Assembly (NCBI RefSeq): GCF_006345805.1
Contig: NC_043013.1
Span: 22,196,001-22,260,000, forward strand
Origin: Octopus sinensis
Lineage: Eukaryota
Length of the DNA: 64,000 bases
Direction: 5' to 3'
Each line of letters opens with the position of its first letter. The stretch's first letter is position 1. Below, piece after piece: positions 13,078 through 25,708 of the stretch. Under the pieces are notes generated by a model. The model had not been told where the DNA came from and searched no databases. It saw only the letters and a program-made list of their open reading frames with translations. Both the position numbers and the translations under genes were made by a program.

Positions 13078-13351
13078 GTCAGTAATTCCATTCGTTTAAT
13101 CTCACACTCAACATAACGTTGTCCATACTTACTGTCTTTGTCCTGTGCACAAGTCAACAGGGTGTATAGCATAAACATGGAGAGTAAACACTCAAATGTC
13201 ATCACTGACCTTCCAAATCTTACTGCATCTCATATGGAATTTTTTATCATAAAACATTGTCTTGGTGTGTGAGTTAATCTACTGCTTTGAAGCTTGTAAA
13301 TTTTGACCTGGAAAATTCAACTTGTATGTCAGAAAATACAGTCTGTAAAAA

Positions 13352-13744
13352 TCTCTCTATATATAAAGCTGAAGTTGTCTGTGTATGGCAGGTTTGGTAG
13401 CCTTCAATTAACACTATCTCCTCTGAGACCCTGCGGCGCAAGTTGACCAAAATTGAGAGTATGATAGAAGAAGGCTTGCTCTTCCTTCTGTAGAAGAAAA
13501 AATTCAAATTGGACCATGTTAACACCAAAAATTATTTACATCAAAAAGGTGCTTTTTTTCTATGAAAAACCCCATTTTCTACGATTTTTTGACTGCTATT
13601 ATTGCCATTTTTCAGTGTATTTCAACCAGAAAAATGTTCACTTAAAAACAATAACAAGCTACATAATGCAAAATTTTTACTTTTCAAAAATTTTAATTCT
13701 AAAGGGTCGAAACAAACCTGAGCAACGCTGGGCGATACTGCTAG
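13352..13744 (+). mobile_element. Non-autonomous Helitron
   Basis: A|TC start (tctctctatatataaag), subterminal hairpin cctgagcaacgctggg at 13717-13732, CTAG|T end. Confidence 0.78.
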
Positions 13745-14557
13745 TAATAAATGAAACGACATGTATTTTTACTTGGATACACATTCTCCATTATAATTTG
13801 CATATTCTTTGTTATTTAATCGTTCTCTGCCTTAAAATTCGCACTCTTTATGTCATGTATAGTCTTGCTAATATGCACATGTGTTATGATATAACACATG
13901 TTTGTGTTATTGTATTTATATTCTCAATAATACAAGCATTTTCTGTGGTGTACATGTTGTCTTTGATGCACATTTTCTCTACTGACCCTTTAACATAGGC
14001 AGATCTGGCTTCTCCCACTTGCACTACAATGTCATTCGAAAATAAACAATCACATCATCAAAATCTCAAAGTGACTTCTTCTATAGCCTTAGCCCAGCTA
14101 AATCACTGTGTAAGGATATGGTAGATGGAAACTAAAAGAAGCCCATTATGTGTGTGTGTGTGTGTGTGCATGTCTTGACATTGTATGATTATTGTAAATG
14201 AGCACCACTGTCACATAAGTGGTGTTGTTCATTTTCAATTTTCTGTGTAAACATGTCTAGCCAGGGGATGGTGGAAATATTACTTTGCTTGGGAACAGAT
14301 AAGGGTTGGTGACAGGGAAGACATGCAGCCATGGAAAATCTGCCTCAGTGAATTCTGTGTGACACATGCAATCGTAAAGCAAATGGATGTTAAAATGATG
14401 ATAATAATATGTTATTGCAAAGTACACATTCTCTCTATTCTTCTCGTTTTCTATCACATGCACTTCCTTATCTCATCCTTATTCTCCACAAGACATTCTC
14501 TATGTTAGAATATACACTTATCTCTTTATAAAATTTTTCTATAATATATATATATCT

Positions 14558-14810
14558 TTGCAGCATGGAAGGTGTTTATAAGCCATTTCAAAACACACAA
14601 AATCTGTTAGATTCACTTCAACATTTAAATTTATATTTTCGTCGCTTTGAGACCGCGACCTATTCACTGACCAGCATGGAATTTTGTCAGTGAACAGGTC
14701 GCAATCTCAAAGCAACGAAAATATTTTGGGAAATTAAATTTAAATGTTGGAGGGAATCTAACGGTTTTTGTGTGTTTTTAAATGGCTTATAAACACCTTC
14801 CACGCTGCAA
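14558..14810. mobile_element. Foldback/palindromic MITE-like element
   Basis: Left ~115-bp arm matches the reverse complement of the right arm (about 90%, one ~13-bp indel) around a short loop. Confidence 0.85.
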
Positions 14811-15119
14811 TTGTTCATTCCAGCACACAATCTCTGATCAGGTCACTTGCTATGCAAGTACATCTCTGTAATATATATCTTTCTTCTCTATTTTGCACAC
14901 ATTCTATAATCTTTAATATAATCCTTGACAATATGCATGTTCTGTTAAGAGTTGTTAGCTTGGGTGTTATTACCATTGGAAACAGCAAGTTGAGACAATC
15001 TCTCATCATGTTCAGCGCTAGTGACCAGAAGAAGAAACTTTCATAAGGAATTGTTACAATGTTCTAATAAAAGAAATCCCTGACTCTCTAGATATAATCA
15101 TTTTTTTTCCTTGTTTCAG

Positions 15120-15209
15120 CATTTCTCTGAATTGGAGGGTGTATCTTCAGATGATGTGAAACGCTTTGGTGGTTCTGTTGATCTTGCAGACCATTGTCCA
15201 TATCTTCAG
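15120..15209 (+). CDS. LMLN: LMLN exon
   Basis: tttcag|CAT ... CAG|gtagac; HFSELEGVSSDDVKRFGGSVDLADHCPYLQ (GGSVxxADxCP motif). Confidence 0.95.
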
Positions 15210-15967
15210 GTAGACACAACCTCTTCTATTTTTTACAATTTATCTTCCTTTTTTTTACCATTTTATACTTGGTGCCTGGTCTCTGCTGATTTCTACAATT
15301 GTCTGTGAATCATATTTCTCTAAAGGTCAAAATATTTTTTGACATGTTCTGCAAATTTTTGAGCTTCATTCTTCATCCCTCCCTCCATTTCTGCTCACTA
15401 TTCCTTGGAGGATCCGGGGAGGACATAGGGTCCTTAGGCACCTCCTCCATAGAGTCCCATCAGAACCGACTGTCATCAGACTTTCCAGCTGGATGAACAA
15501 CTAAGACTATAGATATTACCTCACCCTCTCACTCTCAGTCTATCCTTAGGTCTCCCTCCGATTTGTTTGTCTTCAAGAATCCATCTTATAATTTTTTCCT
15601 TGTGACATTCTATTTGTACCTGAGTTGTGACTTCTCAATGCCAAGAAGTAGTGACTTGACCTGGAGAGACACCCAAATCTCTGAGCTTAGAATTTTAACT
15701 CTTTTTTGTAATTGAAACTTGGCGTCTGTAATTTTATGCAATGTTGTAGATTATTCACTGCAAATAGTTTATTGTCCTATGCATGGCACTAAACTGCACC
15801 TAATGGTAAGGCTGTAGCTAAGGAGTCCAGGAGTTTTATGGCATATGGAGTTACTTCATCATCCTAGGTTGTCTCAAACTCCCAGATTCAGTCCGGCCAA
15901 TGGTGATAATATTTATTAAGGGTTGCAATTATGGGTTAACTAGAAAAAGATGTTCTTCTGGCTAAGG

Positions 15968-16095
15968 CATGGAGAACTGGAGGTGGCTGGCCCCTAGTCA
16001 TGCAGAACTGGAGGTGGCTGGCCCCTAGTCATGCAGAACTGGAGGTGGCTGGCCCCTAGGCATGCAGAACTGGAGGTGGCTGGCCCCTAGGCATG
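15968..16095. repeat. 31-bp minisatellite, 4 copies
   Basis: Unit catgcagaactggaggtggctggcccctag(t/g). Confidence 0.95.
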
Positions 16096-16599
16096 TGTCA
16101 CACATTGCCACAAGTGTGTGAACATGCCCTGATATCAATTAAATCAGTCCCTTATCTTAGAGTTAAATAGGGCCCTAGGTACCTCAAGGGTAAGTTCAGA
16201 GTATCAGGAGACTAGATGAGTAAACTGCAAATAAATCAGAAGCACTGGAAAGCCATTGCTATATTTTTCCCAAGAAAACTCATGATCCTTCAGAGGCCCA
16301 TGATTGCCAATGCCAGCAGTCATGGGACACAAACAGAGAAAAATCCCTGTTTAAGTTCAACTCTCTACAATCTGTCGAGGCTGGCTTTGCTTTTCACTCC
16401 TCCAGAGTCCAAACAATAAATACCTGTCATATCCCAGGTTCTGTTCAGTTTATGTGTTTCTCCTTAATAAGTGGTTGCTCTTAAAAAAATTATTATTTGT
16501 AAGAAAATCTGTTGCTGCTGCTGCTACTAGTTTGTTTTGTGTTTTTTTACTACTTGTACTGCTATTGAATCTTCTAAAACAGAATTTTGAATTTTGCAG

Positions 16600-16669
16600 G
16601 AATTACTATGGAAAAGTGGTGATTCTTCAATTCGTGGATCACGTTGCACTGAGGAACATAACAATTTAG
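16600..16669 (+). CDS. LMLN: LMLN exon
   Basis: ttgcag|GAA ... G|gtaagt; ELLWKSGDSSIRGSRCTEEHNNL; 70 nt bridging phase 0 to phase 1 as the flanking exons require. Confidence 0.88.
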
Positions 16670-17819
16670 GTAAGTGTTCCCTTCATAAGTAACATTATTA
16701 GACTTTTGTTCTTTAACGCCCACAAAATTGTGCAATGCTGTGAAGGAGCATTGGGATTAGTTCGGAAGGATTCTGTAAATCAAAGAAGCAGCAGAGGGTG
16801 CTGGACCATTCTTGGATGAAGTACCAGTAGGCAATATTGTTCTTTACCCTTGGGACACTCAACCTTAAGGAAAAAGCACCTAATCTTTCTCAAATCACAT
16901 CCTATGTTATTAAAAAGGAAGAGTTCCTTGTTTAACACAGTCATAGATATTTGGTTTAAAATAAGATTGGATGGCTCCACCTGATGCCTCTTCCGCAACT
17001 GATTAAGTCACCTTTGGTCAGTATTTCTCAAAGTGGGTTTTGAGGTAAAAATTCAAGATGTGAGGATTTATAATACAATTTGATAAAAATATATTTTATA
17101 AAAAAAAAAATGGTATTTACCAATGCTTCTCTTTATATATGAATAAATTCTCTCCATAAAACAATTCTGTTTCATTTGGGTGGCAGTTGTCCAGAATGTA
17201 TAGATATGACTTCTGTGCTTTTTGGAAAATCATATAAAAGTTTCCCAACAAAATAAACTTTGAGTACTGCTGACCTTTGTAACACAAATTATCGACTATT
17301 TCTACTATAGATCTTTTGAGCATTTTATTACACTGGTGTTGTGGCTTGTAACAACTCCAATGTTTCTACCTCACACAAAGTCTTTTTTTTTTCCGTCAGC
17401 CTCCTATGATCTCACTTCATCTTTTGCACTCATAGTTTACATGGGATGCTCTCTAGAATTCTCCCTACCCCAGTTTTTGCAAATTGAACAAGGCCTTTCC
17501 AGAATGCACTGAGGTTGTCTTTTTTTATTACTTGCAAGACATTTAGTTTTCATTAAGATTGCTCTGACGTGTCTCACTTTTAGGTTTTCCTTCCGTGTCT
17601 AAAATTTCTTTTCCATTTACAACTATTGCACATTCAATGCATAAACACTTTTGTCACAGGGGGGAAAACTCACAACTGAGACTTTTTGCTACACATTTGT
17701 GCACAGCTTCAATAGAATACTGACTTTTCTTTAGTATTGCAATGTGTAGTGAAAGGAGTGACTAGTCAGTTTTATTATAATTGCTGTAGAAAATGCATTG
17801 AAAATGTTTACAAGTGAAG

Positions 17820-18170
17820 GCCTGGCTGTGTGATAAGAAGTTTGCTTCCCAACCACTCAGTTCCAGGTTCAGTCCCACTGCATGGCACCTTGAGCAAGTA
17901 TCTATTACTATAGCATTGGGCTGACCAAAGATTTGTGAGTGGATTTCATAGTCAGAAACTGCAAGAAACATGATGTGTATATGTGTGTGTGTGTGTCTTT
18001 GTATCTGTGTTTGTCTTCCATCACCACTTGACAACAAGTGTAGGTGTGTTTACATCCCTGTAACTTAGCAGTTCAGTAAAAGAGACTGATAAAATAAGTA
18101 CCAGCTTTAAAAAAGACCAAGTATTGGGGACGATTCATTCGACTCAAAATTCTTCGAGGTGGTGCCCAGG
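17820..18170 (+). mobile_element. SINE family B copy
   Basis: Same head, CORE-like segment and tail as the 8903 copy. Confidence 0.75.
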
Positions 18171-18263
18171 ATAAGAATGTATTGTATGTGACTAAATATA
18201 GTATTTAACTTTGTCTCTACAAAGAAACTGAATTTTCCTCATTCTATTTATTTTCAACTGCAG

Positions 18264-18394
18264 ACGTGAAACACAATTACTTTCTGGAGAAATATGGCAA
18301 CACATCTCGCTGCTTCAATCATGATGGAATGTGGCACTTGCAACATTGTGGAAAAACTGTACAAACCCAACACATGGGAAGTGGATGTTACGAA
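18264..18394 (+). CDS. LMLN: LMLN exon
   Basis: ctgcag|AC ... GAA|gtaaga; DVKHNYFLEKYGNTSRCFNHDGMWHLQHCGKTVQTQHMGSGCYE (EKYG and GSGCY motifs). Confidence 0.95.
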
Positions 18395-19049
18395 GTAAGA
18401 TCAATAGTCTCATATCATTTGTATTATTTTTTTTTTTTGCTTTTTTTTTCACTAGTTTCAAGAAACAAGCAATTAGACAAACACTGCCTTTAGCCTCAGT
18501 GGCAACCCTCAGTGGTAACCAGTGAAATATGTTTTGTTTGCCAGGAGCCCTCTATGGGATTTTAAAAGCTTGGCATTAGGAAGGGCATCCTGCTGTAGAA
18601 ACCATGTCACAACAGACAATTTGAAGTTGGACAGCTGCCTGGTTCCATGTGAAATTGTCCAACCCATGCCGGCATGGAAAACAATGATGAAGGATGATGA
18701 TGAAATACCAGTCAAATAATGGGGTCAGTAAAACTGGCTTAGCCCCTCTCCTCAAACTTACTGACCTTGTGCATAAATTAGAAACAATTATGTGTGTAGT
18801 GCCTTAGCAGAATCAGAAAAGCAGTGGGGGAAAAGCTTCGAGTTCAAATTCTGCTAAAATCAACTTTACCTTTCATCTTTTGGGGTTGATAAAATAAAGT
18901 ACCAGTCAAGTACAAGGATTTCTGATATCAACCAGTCCCCTCTCCCAACAAAACTGCTGGTCTTGAGCCTGAATTAGAAGCCTTTTATCGTCGTCGTCGC
19001 TGCCACTGTCGACGCCATCGTCATAGTCAATCATCATCATCATCATTAA

Positions 19050-19456
19050 TACGGCAAGCTGGCAGAATTGTTACCATGCCGGGGGAAATGCTTAGCAGTA
19101 TTTCATCCATGTGAACATTCTGAGTTCAAATTCCACTGAGGTTGACTTTCCCTTTCATCCTTTCAGGGTCGATAAATTAAGTACCAGTGAAACACTGGGG
19201 TCAATGTATACGACTAGTCCCCCTCCCCCAAAATTTCAGGCCTTGTGCTTTTAATAGAAAGGATTATTATTGTTATTATTATCAAGGTGGCAAATGGGCA
19301 GAAACGTTAGCATGCTGGGTGAAATGCTTACCGCTGAGTTCAAATTTCGCCAAGGTCGGCTTTGCCTTTTATCATTTCAGAGTCAATAAATTGAGTACCA
19401 GTGAAACACTAGTAGCCCCTACTTCAATTTCAGGCCTTGTACCTTTAGTAGAATGG

Positions 19457-19497
<41 letters not shown>

Positions 19498-19499
19498 CA

Positions 19500-19549
<50 letters not shown>

Positions 19550-19785
19550 TATTGCTGTGGTGAGCTGGTAGATCCATTAGCATGCAGGGCAAAATGCTTA
19601 TTAGCATTTCATCTGCCTTTATGTTCTGAGTTCAAATCCTGCCAAGTTCAACTTTGCCTTTCTTCCATTTGGGGTCCATAAAATAAGTACTAATTGAGCT
19701 CTGGGGTCAATGTAATTGACTGACCCCCATCCCCACCCTTCCTCCCGAAACTTGTTGGCCTTGTGCCAAAATTTGAACCATTTGA

Positions 19786-19831
<46 letters not shown>

Positions 19832-20230
19832 ATTATTATTATTCTATGTTTGACTTTTGCTTTATATTTGTACAAGTTGGCTCCAAGTCTCACCCAGAGA
19901 CCTCAAGAGACAACAGGCTGGAAGTTCATGATGTTATTATGCCTAGTGTGCCATATATTTGGTTTTGTATTTAGTGTTGTACTAGTGAATGTCAAAAGAA
20001 GAAAAAAAACGAAAATTATGTTTGTTTTAAAACTTGAGATTACATAGAAAGTATTTTGTGATTGATATGAGCAGTTCCCATGAGCACTATCTTTTGAATT
20101 TGTGCCATTTTGGGGTTTCCTGGTATCTGAGTTAGGTAGTAATCAACCCCTTTTGCTATCATTCCCAGGGCACCTATGATAACAGGTATTGTTTTAGTCT
20201 TATTATTATTATTATTGTTATTATTATTAC

Positions 20231-20269
<39 letters not shown>

Positions 20270-20510
20270 CATCATCATCACCATCATCATCATTTCTAAG
20301 GCAGTGAGCTGGCAGTATCGTTAACATGTCGAGCAAAATGCTTAGTGGCATTTCGTCTGTTTTTACCTTCTGAGTTCAAATTCTGCTGAGGTCAACACAG
20401 CCTTTCATCTTGGTGGGGACAATAAAATAAGTATCAGTTAAACATTAGGGTCAATCTAATCAGCTTAATCTCTCCCCGAAATTACTGGCCTTGTGCCAAA
20501 ATTTGAAATC
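19050..20510 (+). mobile_element. Cluster of four co-oriented SINE family A copies (about 19050, 19285, 19553, 20298) separated by (ATT)n tracts
   Basis: Each begins ggc(aa/ga)gctggcagaa.., has ctgagttcaaattc and ends ...ggccttgtgccaaaatttgaa or similar. Confidence 0.85.
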
Positions 20511-20599
20511 ATTATTACTATTGTTATTTCTATATATTAAGGAATATTTTTGTAATGGGAGAATCCTGAACATCCCCACATAACTGAATTTGGACTAAC

Positions 20600-20970
20600 C
20601 GATCACCATCTGAACCTGGTTGATGCCAGCTCCCTCGCTCCAACTGGCTTCTGTGCCAGTGACACATAAAATCTACCATCTGAACGTGGCTGATGCCAGT
20701 ACTGCCTTGATAGGCTTGCGAGCCTGTGGCACGTAAAAAGCACCTTCCAATTGTGGTCGATGCCAGCCCCCTCTGGCCCCTGTACTGGTGGCACGTAAAA
20801 AGCACCCACTACACTCTCAGAGTGGTTGGCGTTAGGAAAGGCATCAAGCTGTAGAAACATCATCAGATCAGACTGGAGTCTGGTGTAGCCTCCTGGCTTT
20901 CCAGACCCCAGTCGAACCATCCAACTCATGCCAGCATGGAAAACCGATGTTAAACGATGATGATGATGAG
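20600..20970 (-). mobile_element. Dispersed repeat family C copy
   Basis: Reverse complement homologous to 3385-3600. Confidence 0.75.
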
Positions 20971-21225
20971 TGAACTGTCAAGAGGGTAGTTGACAGTGTT
21001 AGTTTGATGAGTGTTGGCTTAACAGGTTAATCAAACAGTGAATACTGAGTATCATACCTATGTCCGAGTAGTAAGGAGTGCATTCTGTGTTGACATATAT
21101 TATCCTATGATAGGCTATTTTCAATAACCACAACTAACTATTTAATTGTGTAATACCATTTTAAACCAGACATAACACTTTTTAAGATTCCTTTTGCTTT
21201 TATTTTGATTTTTCTGTTGTTTTAG

Positions 21226-21381
21226 TTTGAGTGTGACCCAGAAGAAGGGCTTAGCATCATCGTCCAGTCGAAGCGTCACCGATGCTACAAAGAAGGTCAA
21301 AGAGTGTCAATTTTCTATGATTCAACCCAGTTGCGGCATCAAGGTTCCATTATTTGTCCTGCTTGCGATGAAATTTGTCAG
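21226..21381 (+). CDS. LMLN: LMLN exon
   Basis: ttttag|TTT ... CAG|gtaatt; FECDPEEGLSIIVQSKRHRCYKEGQRVSIFYDSTQLRHQGSIICPACDEICQ (GxxxCPxCxxxC motif). Confidence 0.93.
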
Positions 21382-21907
21382 GTAATTATCAATATCACTT
21401 TACTATTTTTTTTACATCATATCCTCAGATTTGTAAAGGATCTTATTAACATGGATTATCTTCAGCTTAAGTGGACCCCTTCTAATCCCCTTTGAAAATA
21501 GCTTTCTTTGAAATCAGTACTGTTTGATCTCCCATGGATTACTGTTATTGATTATAGAAATGATAGTAAACCTAACATAAACCCAATACAACACCTCTTG
21601 TTAAACCCTAAGATTCTGAGCCAAAGACGATTGTTCTGCAGAGTTTTACAGAGTTTACTGGGTGCTTTTTACATGGTGCCAGTACAAGTCTTTCCATGTG
21701 GCACCAGCACAGGTGTTTTATTGCATGGCACCTACACAAGTGCTTTTTATGTGGCACCAGCTTAGGTATTTTTTATGTGGCACCAGCAGATATATATATA
21801 TATATATATATTTTTCCTAACTGTGCTGGTTAAAATATGACATTATTTTAAATAAGGAAAAAGTTTCTGTATTTTTCTGATTTTGTCTTTTTCTGTTTTG
21901 TTTTAAG

Positions 21908-22114
21908 GAACTCGGTATACCATGTCCTGCTGAGACGGAGCCCCCAGAGATCAAAGTCGATACGTCTAACTCACTGCCTCCTTACCCTTGTCATGGAACA
22001 TTCCTGAGAGTTACCGATATCTTCCACGTGTGCTATATATCAGTTCAAGTCCTTCTTACACAGATTCTCATTGCAAAACTTTCTCCGACAGATATTCTCT
22101 TTAACATATTTTGA
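21908..22114 (+). CDS. LMLN: LMLN terminal coding exon with hydrophobic, GPI-signal-like tail
   Basis: tttaag|GAA; ELGIPCPAETEPPEIKVDTSNSLPPYPCHGTFLRVTDIFHVCYISVQVLLTQILIAKLSPTDILFNIF then TGA at 22112-22114; CPxETxPP matches the recalled LMLN CPPETDPP. Confidence 0.88.
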   Translation, partial: ELGIPCPAETEPPEIKVDTSNSLPPYPCHGTFLRVTDIFHVCYISVQVLLTQILIAKLSPTDILFNIF

Positions 22115-22370
22115 CAAACAGAAAAACACAAACAAATGAAAAACAGAATCAAAACAGGAAGCCATCAGGTTCTCATTTGTATATCAAAACCATCAGGTCT
22201 TCAGCATTTAAACCAGCCACACCCAGCTAAAATATCTTACCTGTTTTGTGTTCAAACCAGCCGTGTCTGGTCTCTCACACCTACCCTACAATGTCATTCT
22301 AAATATAAACAATCACATCATCAAAATCTCAAAGCTATGAGATAATCCACTATTAATTCCAAACCATATG

Positions 22371-22376
22371 AATAAA
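22371..22376 (+). promoter_or_regulatory. Candidate LMLN polyadenylation signal
   Basis: AATAAA about 260 nt after the stop codon; other AT-rich candidates exist. Confidence 0.35.
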
Positions 22377-23550
22377 TAAGCATTATATTTGACAGAGGAA
22401 TCTGAATGTCAAAGGGTTTGGCATAAAATCTCCAGAATTTTTTTCCCACCAGGATTTTTTTTTTCTTTTTGGTTCCGGAAACATAAATTAAACAATAATT
22501 CCGAATATTTTGGCTTTTCTTGTATGCCAGAATCATAAATTAAAAATGAAATTTTTAGTTACTTTCTCTCTGCCCAATGAGGGAGCCTCTATGAGGTCAA
22601 TCAAATTGCAAGAAATAACAACCAAATATCCCTCAAAGTGTACATTGGATAAGGTAGTCCAAGATATACTTTTTAATCAGTGAGGTGGTCATGGCTAAAA
22701 TGCCTTTGATCATGGGTATCCTCAATCAGGGTTGCCCTGAGACTACACAACAAAACTTCACACATAAGCCTCAGGACTTTTTTTTTCTTTTTTCTTTTTT
22801 TTGCCAGAATCATAAGTTAACCATAAAACTTTGGAGATTTTATTTTCAATCAAAAACATTAAATCTGAAATCTCCAGTCCCTTTTCCCACCGGAAACATA
22901 AAACTAAATAAAATAACATTTGAAACCCTCAGGGTATCTTTTCTACCAGAAATGCAAAGAAAGTGAGAAACCTTTTGGGTTTCTGTTTTTAACCGGAAAT
23001 ATTAAGTTAAACACAAAACTTTTGAAGCTTTCTAAGCTAAACATGAAAGCCTCAAGACTTTTTTTTTTTTTTCTGCCAGAAATATCAGCTAAACGTGAAA
23101 CTTTGTAAGGGAGGTGATATTTGATCTGAAACATAAAATATATTTCAAAGCTTCAGGATTTCTTTTCTAACACAAATATAAGCTATTTTTTGGAGCTTTT
23201 TTTTTTATGTTCCACAGAACTTTGTATTCTTGTATCTCTCTCTCTCCCTCTCTCTCTGTCATGTCTGCTCTTTCCCTTTTCTCCATCTATGTCTGTCTGT
23301 CTCCCACTCCATTGCTCTCTTTTCAATCTTCTTTGCTCAACTTATGTCCTTCTCTCCTCGTCTTTTCATTTTTTTCATGGTTATTTTGTAATCTTTTTTA
23401 ATTCTCCCCCTTCCCCACCTCTTTCTTGTCTATTTTCCCATTTGCTCTCTTTAGTGCCTGGAAATGTAATTATATATGTATGCGTCTGTATATATATGTA
23501 TGTATTTCTTATACCTATGTACATATATGTTATGTATATGTAATATACAT

Positions 23551-23585
<35 letters not shown>

Positions 23586-23604
23586 TATATATATATACAT
23601 ATAC

Positions 23605-24437
23605 AGATAAGGGAATAATTCTATTCTCAAACACAGGATAATGCTAATAATATAACATGAATAGGATAAGCTATCCATAGTTTGCAGAAAAATCTGTTGG
23701 TGGCCAGCCATGAGACTCGAATACACATCCTTGTGATTATGCATCAAGTGCTTTACCATTAAGCTAAACTGCCCAGCGACAAATTCTTCTGCATTTTTCG
23801 GATATCTAAATCTAGCTTTATAAGACACTATCAGACATTAAATTCAACTTACGTTGAAAGTCAATAGACAAAGTTGGCTTTAGAAGCATTGAGATGCATT
23901 AAAAGATGATAAAGAAATAATTTTATTCTCAAACACAGGATAATGCTAATAATATAGCTTGAACAGGATAAACTATCCATATTTTGTAGAAAAATCTGTT
24001 GGCAGCCAGCCATGGGACTTGAACTCACATCCCTATGATTAGCATCAAGTGCTTTCCATTGCCCAGTGATAAATTCTTCTGCAGTTTTAGCATATGTAAA
24101 TCTACCTTTATAAGACTTTCAGCGTAAGTTGAATTTAACGTACAATAGTGTCTTATAAAACTAGACCTATATATCCTAAAATTGCAGAAGAATTTGTCAC
24201 TGGGCAGTTTAGCTTAATGGTAAAGCACTTGACGCGTAATCACAGGGATGTGAGTTCAAGTCTCATGGCTGGCCACCAACAGATTTTTCTAAAAAATATG
24301 TATAGTTTATCCTGTTCATGTTATATTATTAGCATTAACCTGTGTTTGAGAATAAAATTATTTCCTTGTCTGTATCTTTCAAAACATCTCAAAGCTTCTA
24401 AAGTAAACATTGTTTGTTGACTTTCAGCCTAAGTTGC
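23605..24437. repeat. About 306-bp tRNA-containing unit: roughly 1.7 copies on - followed by one copy on + (divergent)
   Basis: ttctcaaacacagg at about 23623 and 23927 (direct), reverse-complemented at about 24340; flanked by (TA)n. Confidence 0.9.
24202..24278 (+). pseudogene. tRNA-Thr(CGT)-like sequence with encoded ACCA inside the repeat unit; a second copy is at 23698-23774 (-)
   Basis: D-arm gctt/aagc, T-arm gtgag-ttcaagt-ctcat, loop cgCGTaa; the anticodon stem is mismatched, so it is not a functional tRNA. Confidence 0.65.
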
Positions 24438-24469
24438 ATATATATATACATATATATATATATACCTAC

Positions 24470-24509
<40 letters not shown>

Positions 24510-25005
24510 CAAGACACACATATATATAATGTATTCTTCCCTATCAAATGCAACCTTCTACGTATTCAATAAGTGACGTTGAAATGATGCTTTGTATTTT
24601 CCAACTTCACTTGCTTTCAACAGAATTATTATTTTTTTTTATGGATGGGGAGATATCACTGATATAATAATAATCATCATCATCATTATAATCATCATAA
24701 TCATCACCACTGTGCACCACAGAGCAGAGGACAGCTTACATGAGTGAAGTCCTCAGTTTTGGATTTTGGTTCTTGCTTGGTGACATTTCATTTCACTCGC
24801 ATTGCTGATGCTATTGGGAAATAAACATATACACTTGTGTGTGTGTGTGTGTGTGTATTCACATATAAATACAATAAGATATTACAATATATTGATTTAT
24901 TAAAATATAATACATCTTCATATATTCACATATACATATAGATATAAATATATATATATGTGTGTGTGTATATGTATATATATGTGTGTGTGTGTGTGTA
25001 TATGT

Positions 25006-25087
<82 letters not shown>

Positions 25088-25660
25088 TTGCACATACATT
25101 CGCACACACATTACATACTTCCACTTTATTTTGAAATATTTATGTTGAGCAATAAAAAAAAAGATGTTTTTGTGCCTCATAAAATAAATTATTGTTTATT
25201 ATTTTTATCATCATCATCATCATCATCAGTAGCAACAAAAGGCAGCAAGCTTGCAAAATTGTTAGCACTGCAGACAAAATTCTTAGTGGCATTTCATCCT
25301 TTCGGGATCAATAAAATAAGTACCAGTTAAATACTAGGGTCAATGTTATCAACATGTCCCCTTACTCAAAATTGCTGGCATTTCTCATAGTTTAAAATCA
25401 TTATTATTATTACTCTTGTTGTTGTTATTATGATTATTATTACTATTATTATTATTATTTTTATTAAGGTGGCAAGCTGGGTGAAATGTTCTGCACCATC
25501 TTTGTCTCTGTCAGCTTTCTGAGTTTAAATTCTTTCGAGGTTGACTTTGCCTATCATCCTTCCAGGGTCAATAAAATTAGTACCAGTCATGCACTGGGGT
25601 CAATGTAATCAACTGACCCCCTCCCCCAAAATTCCAGGCCTTATGTCTGTAATTGAATCG

Positions 25661-25708
<48 letters not shown>

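Noticed and set aside
15968-16095. 31-bp repeats as a possible CRISPR-like array
   Set aside because: Units are contiguous with no spacers, in a eukaryotic intron.
24202-24278. Functional tRNA-Thr gene
   Set aside because: Anticodon stem mismatches, G at position 33, and divergent loops among the three copies.
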